From NCBI GenBank assembly GCA_032718475.1, contig JAUCBJ010000961.1, positions 42,417-106,416 of the forward strand: a DNA stretch of 64,000 bases, given 5' to 3'. The notes under the pieces were generated by a model. It saw nothing but the letters and a program-made list of their open reading frames with translations, was not told the DNA's origin and searched no databases. This document shows positions 42,290 through 55,300 of the stretch, piece by piece. This stretch comes from Nemertoderma westbladi (taxonomy: Eukaryota; Animalia; Xenacoelomorpha). The position numbers and the translations under genes are program-made. Numbering within the stretch: the first letter of the stretch is position 1; each line of letters starts with the position of its first letter.

Positions 42290-42645
42290 CTGTAAAAGGA
42301 ATATAGTTTTCTTATAAGTTACAGTTCCATAAAGTATTCAGTAATTAATTAAATTAATTAAAATTCACAATAATATTTTAACACAATTTTTTCAAAAATG
42401 TTCTAGAGAGTTTTTTTAACGATCTTTTAAAAACCTTTCAAACGGGCCATAAATCATCGAATTCGAGTGAAAAATGGCGGAGGAGTCGAATAGGAGTTGA
42501 AAAATCGAATACGTCTGTCTGATGACGGGTTGTCTGTCTGTCTGTCTTCTAAATTTTGACGGACAACTGGTGAACGGAAAGACAGCGATAACTCGAGAAC
42601 TAAAATTTAATAAAACAACCAAAAAATGCGAAACTTCTACCCAAC

Positions 42646-45600
42646 TTACTTACCTTAGCTACTGTTGGGGGAGTTACTTACCTTGGGTACTGTTGGGGGA
42701 GTTACTTACCTTGGGTACTGTTGGGGGAGTTACTTACCTTGGGTACTGTTGGGGGAGTTACTTACCTTGGGTACTGTTGGGGGAGTTACTTACCTTGGGT
42801 ACTGTTGGGGGAGTTACTTACCTTGGCTACTGTTGGGGGAGTTACTTACCTTGGCTACTGTTGGGGGAGTTACTTACCTTGGCTACTGTTGGGGGAGTTA
42901 CTTACCTTGGGTACTGTTGGGGGAGTTACTTACCTTGGGTACTGTTGGGGGAGTTACTTACCTTGGCTACTGTTGGGGGAGTTACTTACCTTGGCTACTG
43001 TTGGGGGAGTTACTTACCTTGGGTACTGTTGGGGGAGTTACTTACCTTGGCTACTGTTGGGGGAGTTACTTACCTTGGGTACTGTTGGGGGAGTTACTTA
43101 CCTTGGCTACTGTTGGGGGAGTTACTTACCTTGGTACTGTGGTACTGTTGGGGGAGTTACTTACCTTGGGTACTGTTGGGGGAGTTACTTACCTTGGGTA
43201 CTGTTGGGGGAGTTACTTACCTTGGCTACTGTTGGGGGAGTTACTTACCTTGGGTACTGTTGGGGGAGTTACTTACCTTGGCTACTGTTGGGGGAGTTAC
43301 TTACCTTGGCTACTGTTGGGGGAGTTACTTACCTTGGGTACTGTTGGGGGAGTTACTTACCTTGGCTACTGTTGGGGGAGTTACTTACCTTGGCTACTGT
43401 TGGGGGAGTTACTTACCTTGGGCTACTGTTGGGGGAGTTACTTACCTTGGGTACTGTTGGGGGAGTTACTTACCTTGGGTACTGTTGGGGGAGTTACTTA
43501 CCTTGGGTACTGTTGGGGGAGTTACTTACCTTGGCTACTGTTGGGGGAGTTACTTACCTTGGCTACTGTTGGGGGAGTTACTTACCTTGGCTACTGTTGG
43601 GGGAGTTACTTACCTTGGGTACTGTTGGGGGAGTTACTTACCTTGGCTACTGTTGGGGGAGTTACTTACCTTGGCTACTGTTGGGGGAGTTACTTACCTT
43701 GGGCTACTGTTGGGGGAGTTACTTACCTTGGGTACTGTTGGGGGAGTTACTTACCTTGGGTACTGTTGGGGGAGTTACTTACCTTGGGTACTGTTGGGGG
43801 AGTTACTTACCTTGGGTACTGTTGGGGGAGTTACTTACCTTGGCTACTGTTGGGGGAGTTACTTACCTTGGGCTACTGTTGGGGGAGTTACTTACCTTGG
43901 GTACTGTTGGGGGAGTTACTTACCTTGGGTACTGTTGGGGGAGTTACTTACCTTGGGTACTGTTGGGGGAGTTACTTACCTTGGCTACTGTTGGGGGAGT
44001 TACTTACCTTGGGTACTGTTGGGGGAGTTACTTACCTTGGGTACTGTTGGGGGAGTTACTTACCTTGGGTACTGTTGGGGGAGTTACTTACCTTGGCTAC
44101 TGTTGGGGGAGTTACTTACCTTGGGCTACTGTTGGGGGAGTTACTTACCTTGGGTACTGTTGGGGGAGTTACTTACCTTGGGTACTGTTGGGGGAGTTAC
44201 TTACCTTGGCTACTGTTGGGGGAGTTACTTACCTTGGCTACTGTTGGGGGAGTTACTTACCTTGGCTACTGTTGGGGGAGTTACTTACCTTGGGCTACTG
44301 TTGGGGGAGTTACTTACCTTGGGTACTGTTGGGGGAGTTACTTACCTTGGCTACTGTTGGGGGAGTTACTTACCTTGGCTACTGTTGGGGGAGTTACTTA
44401 CCTTGGCTACTGTTGGGGGAGTTACTTACCTTGGGTACTGTTGGGGGAGTTACTTACCTTGGCTACTGTTGGGGGAGTTACTTACCTTGGCTACTGTTGG
44501 GGGAGTTACTTACCTTGGCTACTGTTGGGGGAGTTACTTACCTTGGCTACTGTTGGGGGAGTTACTTACCTTGGGTACTGTTGGGGGAGTTACTTACCTT
44601 GGCTACTGTTGGGGGAGTTACTTACCTTGGCTACTGTTGGGGGAGTTACTTACCTTGGCTACTGTTGGGGGAGTTACTTACCTTGGGTACTGTTGGGGGA
44701 GTTACTTACCTTGGGTACTGTTGGGGGAGTTACTTACCTTGGCTACTGTTGGGGGAGTTACTTACCTTGGCTACTGTTGGGGGAGTTACTTACCTTGGCT
44801 ACTGTTGGGGGAGTTACTTACCTTGGGCTACTGTTGGGGGAGTTACTTACCTTGGCTACTGTTGGGGGAGTTACTTACCTTGGCTACTGTTGGGGGAGTT
44901 ACTTACCTTGGCTACTGTTGGGGGAGTTACTTACCTTGGGTACTGTTGGGGGAGTTACTTACCTTGGGTACTGTTGGGGGAGTTACTTACCTTGGCTACT
45001 GTTGGGGGAGTTACTTACCTTGGCTACTGTTGGGGGAGTTACTTACCTTGGCTACTGTTGGGGGAGTTACTTACCTTGGCTACTGTTGGGGGAGTTACTT
45101 ACCTTGGCTACTGTTGGGGGAGTTACTTACCTTGGCTACTGTTGGGGGAGTTACTTACCTTGGCTACTGTTGGGGGAGTTACTTACCTTGGCTACTGTTG
45201 GGGGAGTTACTTACCTTGGCTACTGTTGGGGGAGTTACTTACCTTGGCTACTGTTGGGGGAGTTACTTACCTTGGCTACTGTTGGGGGAGTTACTTACCT
45301 TGGCTACTGTTGGGGGAGTTACTTACCTTGGGTACTGTTGGGGGAGTTACTTACCTTGGGTACTGTTGGGGGAGTTACTTACCTTGGCTACTGTTGGGGG
45401 AGTTACTTACCTTGGCTACTGTTGGGGGAGTTACTTACCTTGGCTACTGTTGGGGGAGTTACTTACCTTGGCTACTGTTGGGGGAGTTACTTACCTTGGC
45501 TACTGTTGGGGGAGTTACTTACCTTGGCTACTGTTGGGGGAGTTACTTACCTTGGCTACTGTTGGGGGAGTTACTTACCTTGGGCTACTGTTGGGGGAGT

Positions 45601-48600
45601 TACTTACCTTGGCTACTGTTGGGGGAGTTACTTACCTTGGCTACTGTTGGGGGAGTTACTTACCTTGGCTACTGTTGGGGGAGTTACTTACCTTGGCTAC
45701 TGTTGGGGGAGTTACTTACCTTGGCTACTGTTGGGGGAGTTACTTACCTTGGCTACTGTTGGGGGAGTTACTTACCTTGGCTACTGTTGGGGGAGTTACT
45801 TACCTTGGCTACTGTTGGGGGAGTTACTTACCTTGGCTACTGTTGGGGGAGTTACTTACCTTGGCTACTGTTGGGGGAGTTACTTACCTTGGCTACTGTT
45901 GGGGGAGTTACTTACCTTGGCTACTGTTGGGGGAGTTACTTACCTTGGCTACTGTTGGGGGAGTTACTTACCTTGGGTACTGTTGGGGGAGTTACTTACC
46001 TTGGCTACTGTTGGGGGAGTTACTTACCTTGGCTACTGTTGGGGGAGTTACTTACCTTGGCTACTGTTGGGGGAGTTACTTACCTTGGCTACTGTTGGGG
46101 GAGTTACTTACCTTGGCTACTGTTGGGGGAGTTACTTACCTTGGCTACTGTTGGGGGAGTTACTTACCTTGGCTACTGTTGGGGGAGTTACTTACCTTGG
46201 CTACTGTTGGGGGAGTTACTTACCTTGGCTACTGTTGGGGGAGTTACTTACCTTGGCTACTGTTGGGGGAGTTACTTACCTTGGCTACTGTTGGGGGAGT
46301 TACTTACCTTGGCTACTGTTGGGGGAGTTACTTACCTTGGCTACTGTTGGGGGAGTTACTTACCTTGGCTACTGTTGGGGGAGTTACTTACCTTGGCTAC
46401 TGTTGGGGGAGTTACTTACCTTGGCTACTGTTGGGGGAGTTACTTACCTTGGCTACTGTTGGGGGAGTTACTTACCTTGGCTACTGTTGGGGGAGTTACT
46501 TACCTTGGCTACTGTTGGGGGAGTTACTTACCTTGGCTACTGTTGGGGGAGTTACTTACCTTGGCTACTGTTGGGGGGAGTTACTTACCTTGGCTACTGT
46601 TGGGGGAGTTACTTACCTTGGCTACTGTTGGGGGAGTTACTTACCTTGGCTACTGTTGGGGGAGTTACTTACCTTGGCTACTGTTGGGGGAGTTACTTAC
46701 CTTGGCTACTGTTGGGGGAGTTACTTACCTTGGCTACTGTTGGGGGAGTTACTTACCTTGGCTACTGTTGGGGGAGTTACTTACCTTGGCTACTGTTGGG
46801 GGAGTTACTTACCTTGGCTACTGTTGGGGGAGTTACTTACCTTGGCTACTGTTGGGGGAGTTACTTACCTTGGGTACTGTTGGGGGAGTTACTTACCTTG
46901 GCTACTGTTGGGGGAGTTACTTACCTTGGCTACTGTTGGGGGAGTTACTTACCTTGGGTACTGTTGGGGGAGTTACTTACCTTGGCTACTGTTGGGGGAG
47001 TTACTTACCTTGGCTACTGTTGGGGGAGCTTACTTACCTTGGGTACTGTTGGGGGAGTTACTTACCTTGGCTACTGTTGGGGGAGTTACTTACCTTGGCT
47101 ACTGTTGGGGGAGTTACTTACCTTGGGTACTGTTGGGGGAGTTACTTACCTTGGCTACTGTTGGGGGAGTTACTTACCTTGGCTACTGTTGGGGGAGTTA
47201 CTTACCTTGGCTACTGTTGGGGGAGTTACTTACCTTGGCTACTGTTGGGGGAGTTACTTACCTTGGCTACTGTTGGGGGAGTTACTTACCTTGGCTACTG
47301 TTGGGGGAGTTACTTACCTTGGCTACTGTTGGGGGAGTTACTTACCTTGGCTACTGTTGGGGGAGTTACTTACCTTGGCTACTGTTGGGGGAGTTACTTA
47401 CCTTGGCTACTGTTGGGGGAGTTACTTACCTTGGGTACTGTTGGGGGAGTTACTTACCTTGGCTACTGTTGGGGGAGTTACTTACCTTGGCTACTGTTGG
47501 GGGAGTTACTTACCTTGGGTACTGTTGGGGGAGTTACTTACCTTGGCTACTGTTGGGGGAGTTACTTACCTTGGCTACTGTTGGGGGAGTTACTTACCTT
47601 GGGTACTGTTGGGGGAGTTACTTACCTTGGCTACTGTTGGGGGAGTTACTTACCTTGGCTACTGTTGGGGGAGTTACTTACCTTGGGTACTGTTGGGGGA
47701 GTTACTTACCTTGGCTACTGTTGGGGGAGTTACTTACCTTGGCTACTGTTGGGGGAGTTACTTACCTTGGGTACTGTTGGGGGAGTTACTTACCTTGGGT
47801 ACTGTTGGGGGAGTTACTTACCTTGGGTACTGTTGGGGGAGTTACTTACCTTGGGTACTGTTGGGGGAGTTACTTACCTTGGCTACTGTTGGGGGAGTTA
47901 CTTACCTTGGCTACTGTTGGGGGAGTTACTTACCTTGGGTACTGTTGGGGGAGTTACTTACCTTGGCTACTGTTGGGGGAGTTACTTACCTTGGCTACTG
48001 TTGGGGGAGTTACTTACCTTGGGTACTGTTGGGGGAGTTACTTACCTTGGGTACTGTTGGGGGAGTTACTTACCTTGGGTACTGTTGGGGGAGTTACTTA
48101 CCTTGGGTACTGTTGGGGGAGTTACTTACCTTGGGTACTGTTGGGGGAGTTACTTACCTTGGGTACTGTTGGGGGAGTTACTTACCTTGGCTACTGTTGG
48201 GGGAGTTACTTACCTTGGCTACTGTTGGGGGAGTTACTTACCTTGGGTACTGTTGGGGGAGTTACTTACCTTGGGTACTGTTGGGGGAGTTACTTACCTT
48301 GGGTACTGTTGGGGGAGTTACTTACCTTGGGTACTGTTGGGGGAGTTACTTACCTTGGCTACTGTTGGGGGAGTTACTTACCTTGGGTACTGTTGGGGGA
48401 GTTACTTACCTTGGGTACTGTTGGGGGAGTTACTTACCTTGGGTACTGTTGGGGGAGTTACTTACCTTGGGTACTGTTGGGGGAGTTACTTACCTTGGGT
48501 ACTGTTGGGGGAGTTACTTACCTTGGGTACTGTTGGGGGAGTTACTTACCTTGGGTACTGTTGGGGGAGTTACTTACCTTGGGTACTGTTGGGGGAGTTA

Positions 48601-49903
48601 CTTACCTTGGCTACTGTTGGGGGAGTTACTTACCTTGGGTACTGTTGGGGGAGTTACTTACCTTGGGTACTGTTGGGGGAGTTACTTACCTTGGGTACTG
48701 TTGGGGGAGTTACTTACCTTGGGTACTGTTGGGGGAGTTACTTACCTTGGGTACTGTTGGGGGAGTTACTTACCTTGGGTACTGTTGGGGGAGTTACTTA
48801 CCTTGGGTACTGTTGGGGGAGTTACTTACCTTGGGTACTGTTGGGGGAGTTACTTACCTTGGGCTACTGTTGGGGGAGTTACTTACCTTGGGTACTGTTG
48901 GGGGAGTTACTTACCTTGGGTACTGTTGGGGGAGTTACTTACCTTGGGTACTGTTGGGGGAGTTACTTACCTTGGGTACTGTTGGGGGAGTTACTTACCT
49001 TGGCTACTGTTGGGGGAGTTACTTACCTTGGGTACTGTTGGGGGAGTTACTTACCTTGGGTACTGTTGGGGGAGTTACTTACCTTGGCTACTGTTGGGGG
49101 AGTTACTTACCTTGGCTACTGTTGGGGGAGTTACTTACCTTGGGTACTGTTGGGGGAGTTACTTACCTTGGGTACTGTTGGGGGAGTTACTTACCTTGGC
49201 TACTGTTGGGGGAGTTACTTACCTTGGCTACTGTTGGGGGAGTTACTTACCTTGGCTACTGTTGGGGGAGTTACTTACCTTGGGTACTGTTGGGGGAGTT
49301 ACTTACCTTGGGTACTGTTGGGGGAGTTACTTACCTTGGGTACTGTTGGGGGAGTTACTTACCTTGGGTACTGTTGGGGGAGTTACTTACCTTGGCTACT
49401 GTTGGGGGAGTTACTTACCTTGGGTACTGTTGGGGGAGTTACTTACCTTGGCTACTGTTGGGGGAGTTACTTACCTTGGGTACTGTTGGGGGAGTTACTT
49501 ACCTTGGCTACTGTTGGGGGAGTTACTTACCTTGGGTACTGTTGGGGGAGTTACTTACCTTGGGTACTGTTGGGGGAGTTACTTACCTTGGGTACTGTTG
49601 GGGGAGTTACTTACCTTGGGTACTGTTGGGGGAGTTACTTACCTTGGGTACTGTTGGGGGAGTTACTTACCTTGGGTACTGTTGGGGGAGTTACTTACCT
49701 TGGGTACTGTTGGGGGAGTTACTTACCTTGGGTACTGTTGGGGGAGTTACTTACCTTGGGTACTGTTGGGGGAGTTACTTACCTTGGGTACTGTTGGGGG
49801 AGTTACTTACCTTGGGTACTGTTGGGGGAGTTACTTACCTTGGCTACTGTTGGGGGAGTTACTTACCTTGGCTACTGTTGGGGGAGTTACTTACCTTGGC
49901 TAC
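42646..49903 (-). repeat. 28-bp minisatellite (about 260 units); on - it reads TA(G/C)CCAAG|GTAAGTAACTCCCCCAACAG, an amplified exon-intron junction
   Basis: Directly visible; the first unit overlaps the end of exon 49895-50031. Confidence 0.99.
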
Positions 49904-50031
49904 AACTGTTGTCTATACATGTTTCTGTTAAGCCACCCATTTGCAGGACGTCGTCAAAAGACAACCTATTCCTAACGTTGTCTTCCGCCCTTCCACCGGG
50001 TTGCTCTGGACTCCCAACCACAGGTAAATCT
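49895..50031 (-). CDS. PPP1R9A: Neurabin exon whose donor site seeds the 28-bp array
   Basis: tattttTAG|(R)DLPVVGSPEQPGGRAEDNVRNRLSFDDVLQMGGLTETCIDNSCSQ|GTAAGT; phase 2 to 1. Confidence 0.8.
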
Positions 50032-50127
50032 CTAAAAATAACACATTACGATTACATAACAAACCATACAAATAACAAACTAGCGTTAGTAATACGTAAT
50101 CAACAAACCCTAATCAATTAGACTTAC

Positions 50128-50253
50128 CTGGAAGACAAATTAGTTGATACTGTTGTGTTATCAGGAGATTTACAATTGACCAATCGCTGATCAGCTTTCA
50201 GTTTCTCTATAACAATGTGGGCGTCGCACAGTTGTTCAGCTAAATCTGCCTCT
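50128..50253 (-). CDS. PPP1R9A: Neurabin exon (end of coiled coil)
   Basis: ttaccttcTAG|(R)EADLAEQLCDAHIVIEKLKADQRL...NLSS CAG|GTAAGT; phase 2/2; continues ...EVQER-E. Confidence 0.8.
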
Positions 50254-50271
50254 CTAGAAGGTAAACAACCG

Positions 50272-50285
50272 GTTACTATGGTAAC
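50272..50285. promoter_or_regulatory. X-box-like near palindrome GTTACTATGGTAAC
   Basis: Fits the 14-bp RFX consensus; 2.1 kb upstream of the WDR17 ATG. Confidence 0.4.
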
Positions 50286-50572
50286 GAGGGATAAATATTA
50301 TTATTATAGGTAATTATAATGTGTGGTCTGCTTTCTGGGTTGTTATGCTATACCCTTTTGTATTTCGAGAGAGAGGAGGGGGGGGGGGGGGGGGGGGGGG
50401 TCATGACGCATATCTCATCTCGGGGAGTAAACAATGTAAGTAATCAATTAAGAGAAATGAGCAGGTTACAGCGGCACGCTATTCTAACCAAAACAATAAA
50501 CGAGAGTCAATGTCATAGGTTATAGTTTAATTTTTGGGAGTAATCAGCTGATATTTGGGTTGAATTTTCCCT

Positions 50573-50612
<40 letters not shown>

Positions 50613-51487
50613 ATTAACTCAATACAGAAAGTCGAACTATATCTGCACAGCACCTGTCCCTTGGCAAGGTGAGTTAAGGTCGCTTCACAAAATATATTTT
50701 GGTCTTAGCACATGCGCCTTTTCGTACTTGCTAATAACTTAATTTGTTTTTATTAATTACACCCGGTCGGAAATAATACCCCATTAGAGAAGTTATAGAA
50801 TATACTAGAAATCAACTAACAGCCACCATCATTACCACTAGTGATTTTCCATTACATAGTAATGTGTTGTCTGTAGTCTCTACATAAAATGTACACATAA
50901 ATACAGTGTACATGTAAAGATAATGAGATGATTATAGCAGACTCAATTTACATTACGCATTCCGGCGCTTACAAAATGTAAAAAATTTAATAACGACAAA
51001 TTTGCTCGCCAATTTATAATGCTTACGAATGCGATAAGAGTGAATAAACCGCATATCAAAAAATGTTGGTGTTGATATAAAAAAGTGTCTATCTTAAAAA
51101 TCTTTGCTGATCAATCATATATTATTTAGTTAAATAGTTAAATCAAATGGAATTCTTAAATTGCCCAAAAGCAATTACATACAGTAAAACAGTATTAAGA
51201 ATGGACTATGTGCAGTTAATAATTGCACAACATTTTTATGGGGACATATAGAGCCAGAGTGACACCCAACTTAAGTGTAGAAACGATATTCACTTTTTGA
51301 AATCACTTGTAATACTAACACGAGGCGGCCTATTGAAGCAATTTTTCATTTTTTTAAATTATATAATTTTTCTTTTTTTATAACTTTATTTACGTAGTTT
51401 TTAGTCTCTTATTTGCCTCCCTTTAAGTAACAATAATAAATTAGAATTCATAGCTCGCAAATAGCAATAATCACCAGCTGTTTTAAA

Positions 51488-51500
51488 GTTACCAGGCAAC
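51488..51500. promoter_or_regulatory. RFX X-box upstream of WDR17
   Basis: GTTACC-A-GGCAAC; followed by a candidate 5'UTR donor GAG|GTAGGC at 51586. Confidence 0.6.
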
Positions 51501-52160
51501 GTGCAAAACATAAACAAGGATTAGCAGAGTAGTTCAATAAATAGGCCTGTCTGTATACTGCAGTTTGGGGATCACGCAGTAGGAGGTAGGCCTATGTAAT
51601 ACCTATTATAGCAGTAACTGCTATAATAATATAATAATTGTATAATATTATATTAGCAAGCGCCACAGATGCGGAATGATTCGCTGTAATCAAATATATT
51701 ATTTAATATAATATTTATATCTACTACCGGTACACCGACCGAACCAGAATGAGTTTATGAATCACGACACGATACGGTTCATGATTGAATATTGATCACT
51801 CAGTGACTCTAAGTCACTAAGTGAGCCCGTGAGTCCAATGGATGATTTTTTACTAAAGAATCTTATTGATTTAATATTCATTAGTTGTTGAATAATTGAA
51901 CAATTATTTTAATCTTAATTGGCTATATTTTGGGCTGACGACAAATTTTGATTTGATTATTTGTGGACAGCCATAGATTGTTGATTGTATATGCCTATTT
52001 GTATAAATATCCGCCGAAAACTAAGCCATATAAGAATAAAAGTTAAAAAATGATAATTACGTGTTACACTACACAGATTATGAATACCAATTAATTTAAA
52101 TATTCCCCATTCCAATGTCATAAGTCAACTCACTAAATGTGTTCGCAATGGAAACCTTAC

Positions 52161-52184
52161 CTGGCGTAGTCATGTGCACCAGTA
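52161..52184 (-). other. Candidate 24-nt frame-preserving neurabin microexon
   Basis: tttgtgttacAG|TACTGGTGCACATGACTACGCCAG|GTAAGG; open in phase 2 (STGAHDYAR). Confidence 0.4.
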
Positions 52185-52374
52185 CTGTAACACAAAATAT
52201 TACAAAAATACAAGTCATTCATTCATTCATCTCCGGACTAAACGCATCCGGAGGCTTTAAATATTATTACGATTAAAATAAATAATACAACATAGCTTAT
52301 AAAGCTCCTTATAGTTTGGGTCACAAATCTCAGTTGATGAGACTTAAGTTATGTAATTAAACGAATGTTTTATA

Positions 52375-55300
52375 ATGGATTCTATCTGTGCAACCCTGGG
52401 GGGTCAACCAGTAGTGATTGGAGCACGACAGGTTGTGTTACAACCAGCGGGATGCCAGCAGCACCACCGTAACATCATAGGAATCAACAAGGACCACACT
52501 ATGTTGGCCTACTGCGCCACACTAGCTGTCTACGTGTACGTGGCGGGAAGGGAAGCCACAGAGAACTGGTTGCTCAGCGGGGTCATGTCGCATCATAAAA
52601 AGGCGATAACAGCACTGCAATGGTCGCCCCACCAGGCAGCTCTGTTCGCCAGCGCAAGTAACGACCCTGTAATCTGCGTTTGGAACGCGAAGGAACAATG
52701 TCTGGTGGTGGAACTGCATTCCATAGTCGACGTACCGTTCTGCATCGGGTGGTGCTATGACGACACGCAGAGCATTGCTTTCAGCTATGACGTCACCTCC
52801 TCCAAGGCAACTAACGTTTACGTATGGAACACAGGGTCGGGCAAATGTAAACCCCATAAACACATTGCTGGTTTCAGTTCCGGGATCAGAACGTTTAGAT
52901 GGAACGGTATTAGGTTGGGTAAAGTAATAGTGGGGCACGAGAACGGAAGTATATCTCTTTATACGCCGGGTAATAAAGTAATCAAACACATACTGAAACC
53001 GGAGTATTCTGAGAGCAATAGCAACGACCCAGTGACTTCACTGCAGTGGGACCCGTTGTCCCCGGACTACGTCCTGGTAGTTAACAAGTGGAGCGGAGTC
53101 CGACTGCTGGACTCGGAATCCCGTACGACCGCGATGCGGTTCGCGAACACTCGGAACGCAGGGATTCAGGACGTCTCGTGGGTGGAGAACGCGCCGGGAA
53201 CGTTCCTCTCCGGGGACAGTCGGCTGGGCGTGCTCGGCGTGTGGAACGTGTCGCAGCCGGCCCCGCTCGCGAGCGTCCAGATCCGAGCGAGCGGGTTCAA
53301 CGCGATCGTGGGACTGCCACGGGACTCCGGGGGGAGGGGCTCCAACCCCGAGTCGCCCCCCGGGACACCAACCCGCGCGTTCTGCGCGTTCCGCGACGGA
53401 GCCACTGGCATCTACGACGTTCCGCTCCGCCAATGGGACTTCCTCCTGGACGCCGGGCACAGCGAGACGATATTCGACTGCCGGTTCCATCCCACGGACC
53501 CCGACAGACTGGCGACGGCCAGCTACGACGGGACCATAAAGATAACGGATCTGCCGACGATGAAAGTTGTCGAGACGTCGCCCCGAGTGCGAGCCATCGT
53601 CTACAGCCTCTCGTGGGCGCCGCCGCAGTGGAACTGCATCACAGGATCAACCAATCAGGGCTCGGTATTCGTGTGGAACGTGGATAAATCCAAGATCAGC
53701 CATCAGTACACGGAGCACGCGAGTAGCGGGACGGGGGTTTGCGTCTACGTGTGTAAATGGAATCAACGCAAACCGGATTGGATCGCGAGTAGCGGCAGTG
53801 ACGGTCGGTGTATCGTACGGGAGGTTACCGGGACGCTGGTACGCAGTTACACGCACCCCGCCGGGGTCTACGGCTGCGACTGGCACCCCAACAACGGCCA
53901 CGTACTGGCGACGGGTTGCCACGACGGAAACCTCCGGATATTCAACGCGGCGACCGATGCCACCGCGACCCACACCGTCGCGCTGCACGGTAAACGGGTG
54001 TTCCACGTGGTCTGGCACCCCTTGTTGCCGGGTTACCTGGCGACGGGTAGCGACGACTCCACGGCCAAGGTGTACGACTACGGCGCGGGACTCACCGTGG
54101 CCACGGTAACGGGACACACGGCCCCGGTGCGAGGGATGGTGTGGCACACTGAGTTGCCCTGGCTGCTCATCACCGGCAGTTGGGACTCGACGGTGCGAAT
54201 GTGGGACATCCGGAGCTCCGCCTGTCTGCAGACGCTGGACAGCCACGAAGCCGACATTTACGGGTTGTCGGTTCACCCGGACAGACCTTTCCTGCTGGCG
54301 TCCACCTCCCGGGACTCCACACTGCGACTGTGGCACCTCGCGGGGCTGTCCGCATTGCTATACGCGCGGATGGTTGCTACCGGAGTCGCCGCGTTGCTTG
54401 GCGACCCATCGACGTCCATGGATCAGGACGCGGCCCCGTTACTATGCGGAAGGAGGTCGGCCCAGCTCGGCTCGTCTCCGCAGGTCGGCTCGACGCCGCA
54501 GCTCGACTCGACTCCGCATCTCGACTCGACTCCGCATCTCGGCTCGACTGATTCAACCACCGACCCCCCCGCACTTACACGAACCTTCACTACATTCCTC
54601 CACCACTCCCCGCGACTCCCCAACCTATACGACCTCGTCTCCCTCCTCCAGGGCTCATCCCACTTCTCCCAACTCTCCTCCCGCTATCCCGCCTCCGTGG
54701 TCCACCACCGACACCTCCTCCGACTGCGAGCATCGGAGGCTCGCGCGCTCGAGTTCGCCTCGAGCAACGCGAGCTCGGAGCGCTCGCGAGTGGCGCAACT
54801 GAGCGCCGCGCGCGAGTTGTACTGCAACCTGGGCGAGCGGCGACGCTACTGCGAGGTCAGCGTGCGGCTGGGGGAGTGGGTGGAAGCGTTGGCTGTCGCA
54901 CCCGCGGTCAGTCTAGATTACTGGAGACAGTTAGTCGCCCAATACACAGACCAGCTCTCAGACAATCACAGCGGTCAGCAGTCAGCCAATCAGAGCGCTC
55001 GTCTATCGACGGCGATTTGTAACGACCAGCGAACCGTTGACTATCTGATTCATCGAGGAGAGTTGGAACAAGCGCTGTTTGTAGCTACAGCAGCAAGTTC
55101 TAGAACGCAGGAAGGATCGAATTCTAGAACGCTGGAAAATGCCATGGTTCTGGGAGGAGACAATAACGTGATGGAACCCTCAGCCCCTGATCTACCGTTA
55201 CTAAGCAACCAGCCGACTCCACTCTCATCAGACCTTCTACCAAAGGTCAATGAACTCTTCACTAAGGTCACTGACCCCTCAGTACTGCGGTGCAGTCGCA

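Noticed and set aside
42522-50121. Three ORFs of about 2450 aa on +
   Set aside because: The 28-bp unit has no stop on +, so all three frames are open. The peptide is purely periodic and antisense to a neurabin intron.
52155-52170. U1 snRNA 5' end (CTTACCTGGCGTAG)
   Set aside because: Downstream sequence lacks the U1 stem-loops and Sm site; better explained as the reverse complement of a donor.
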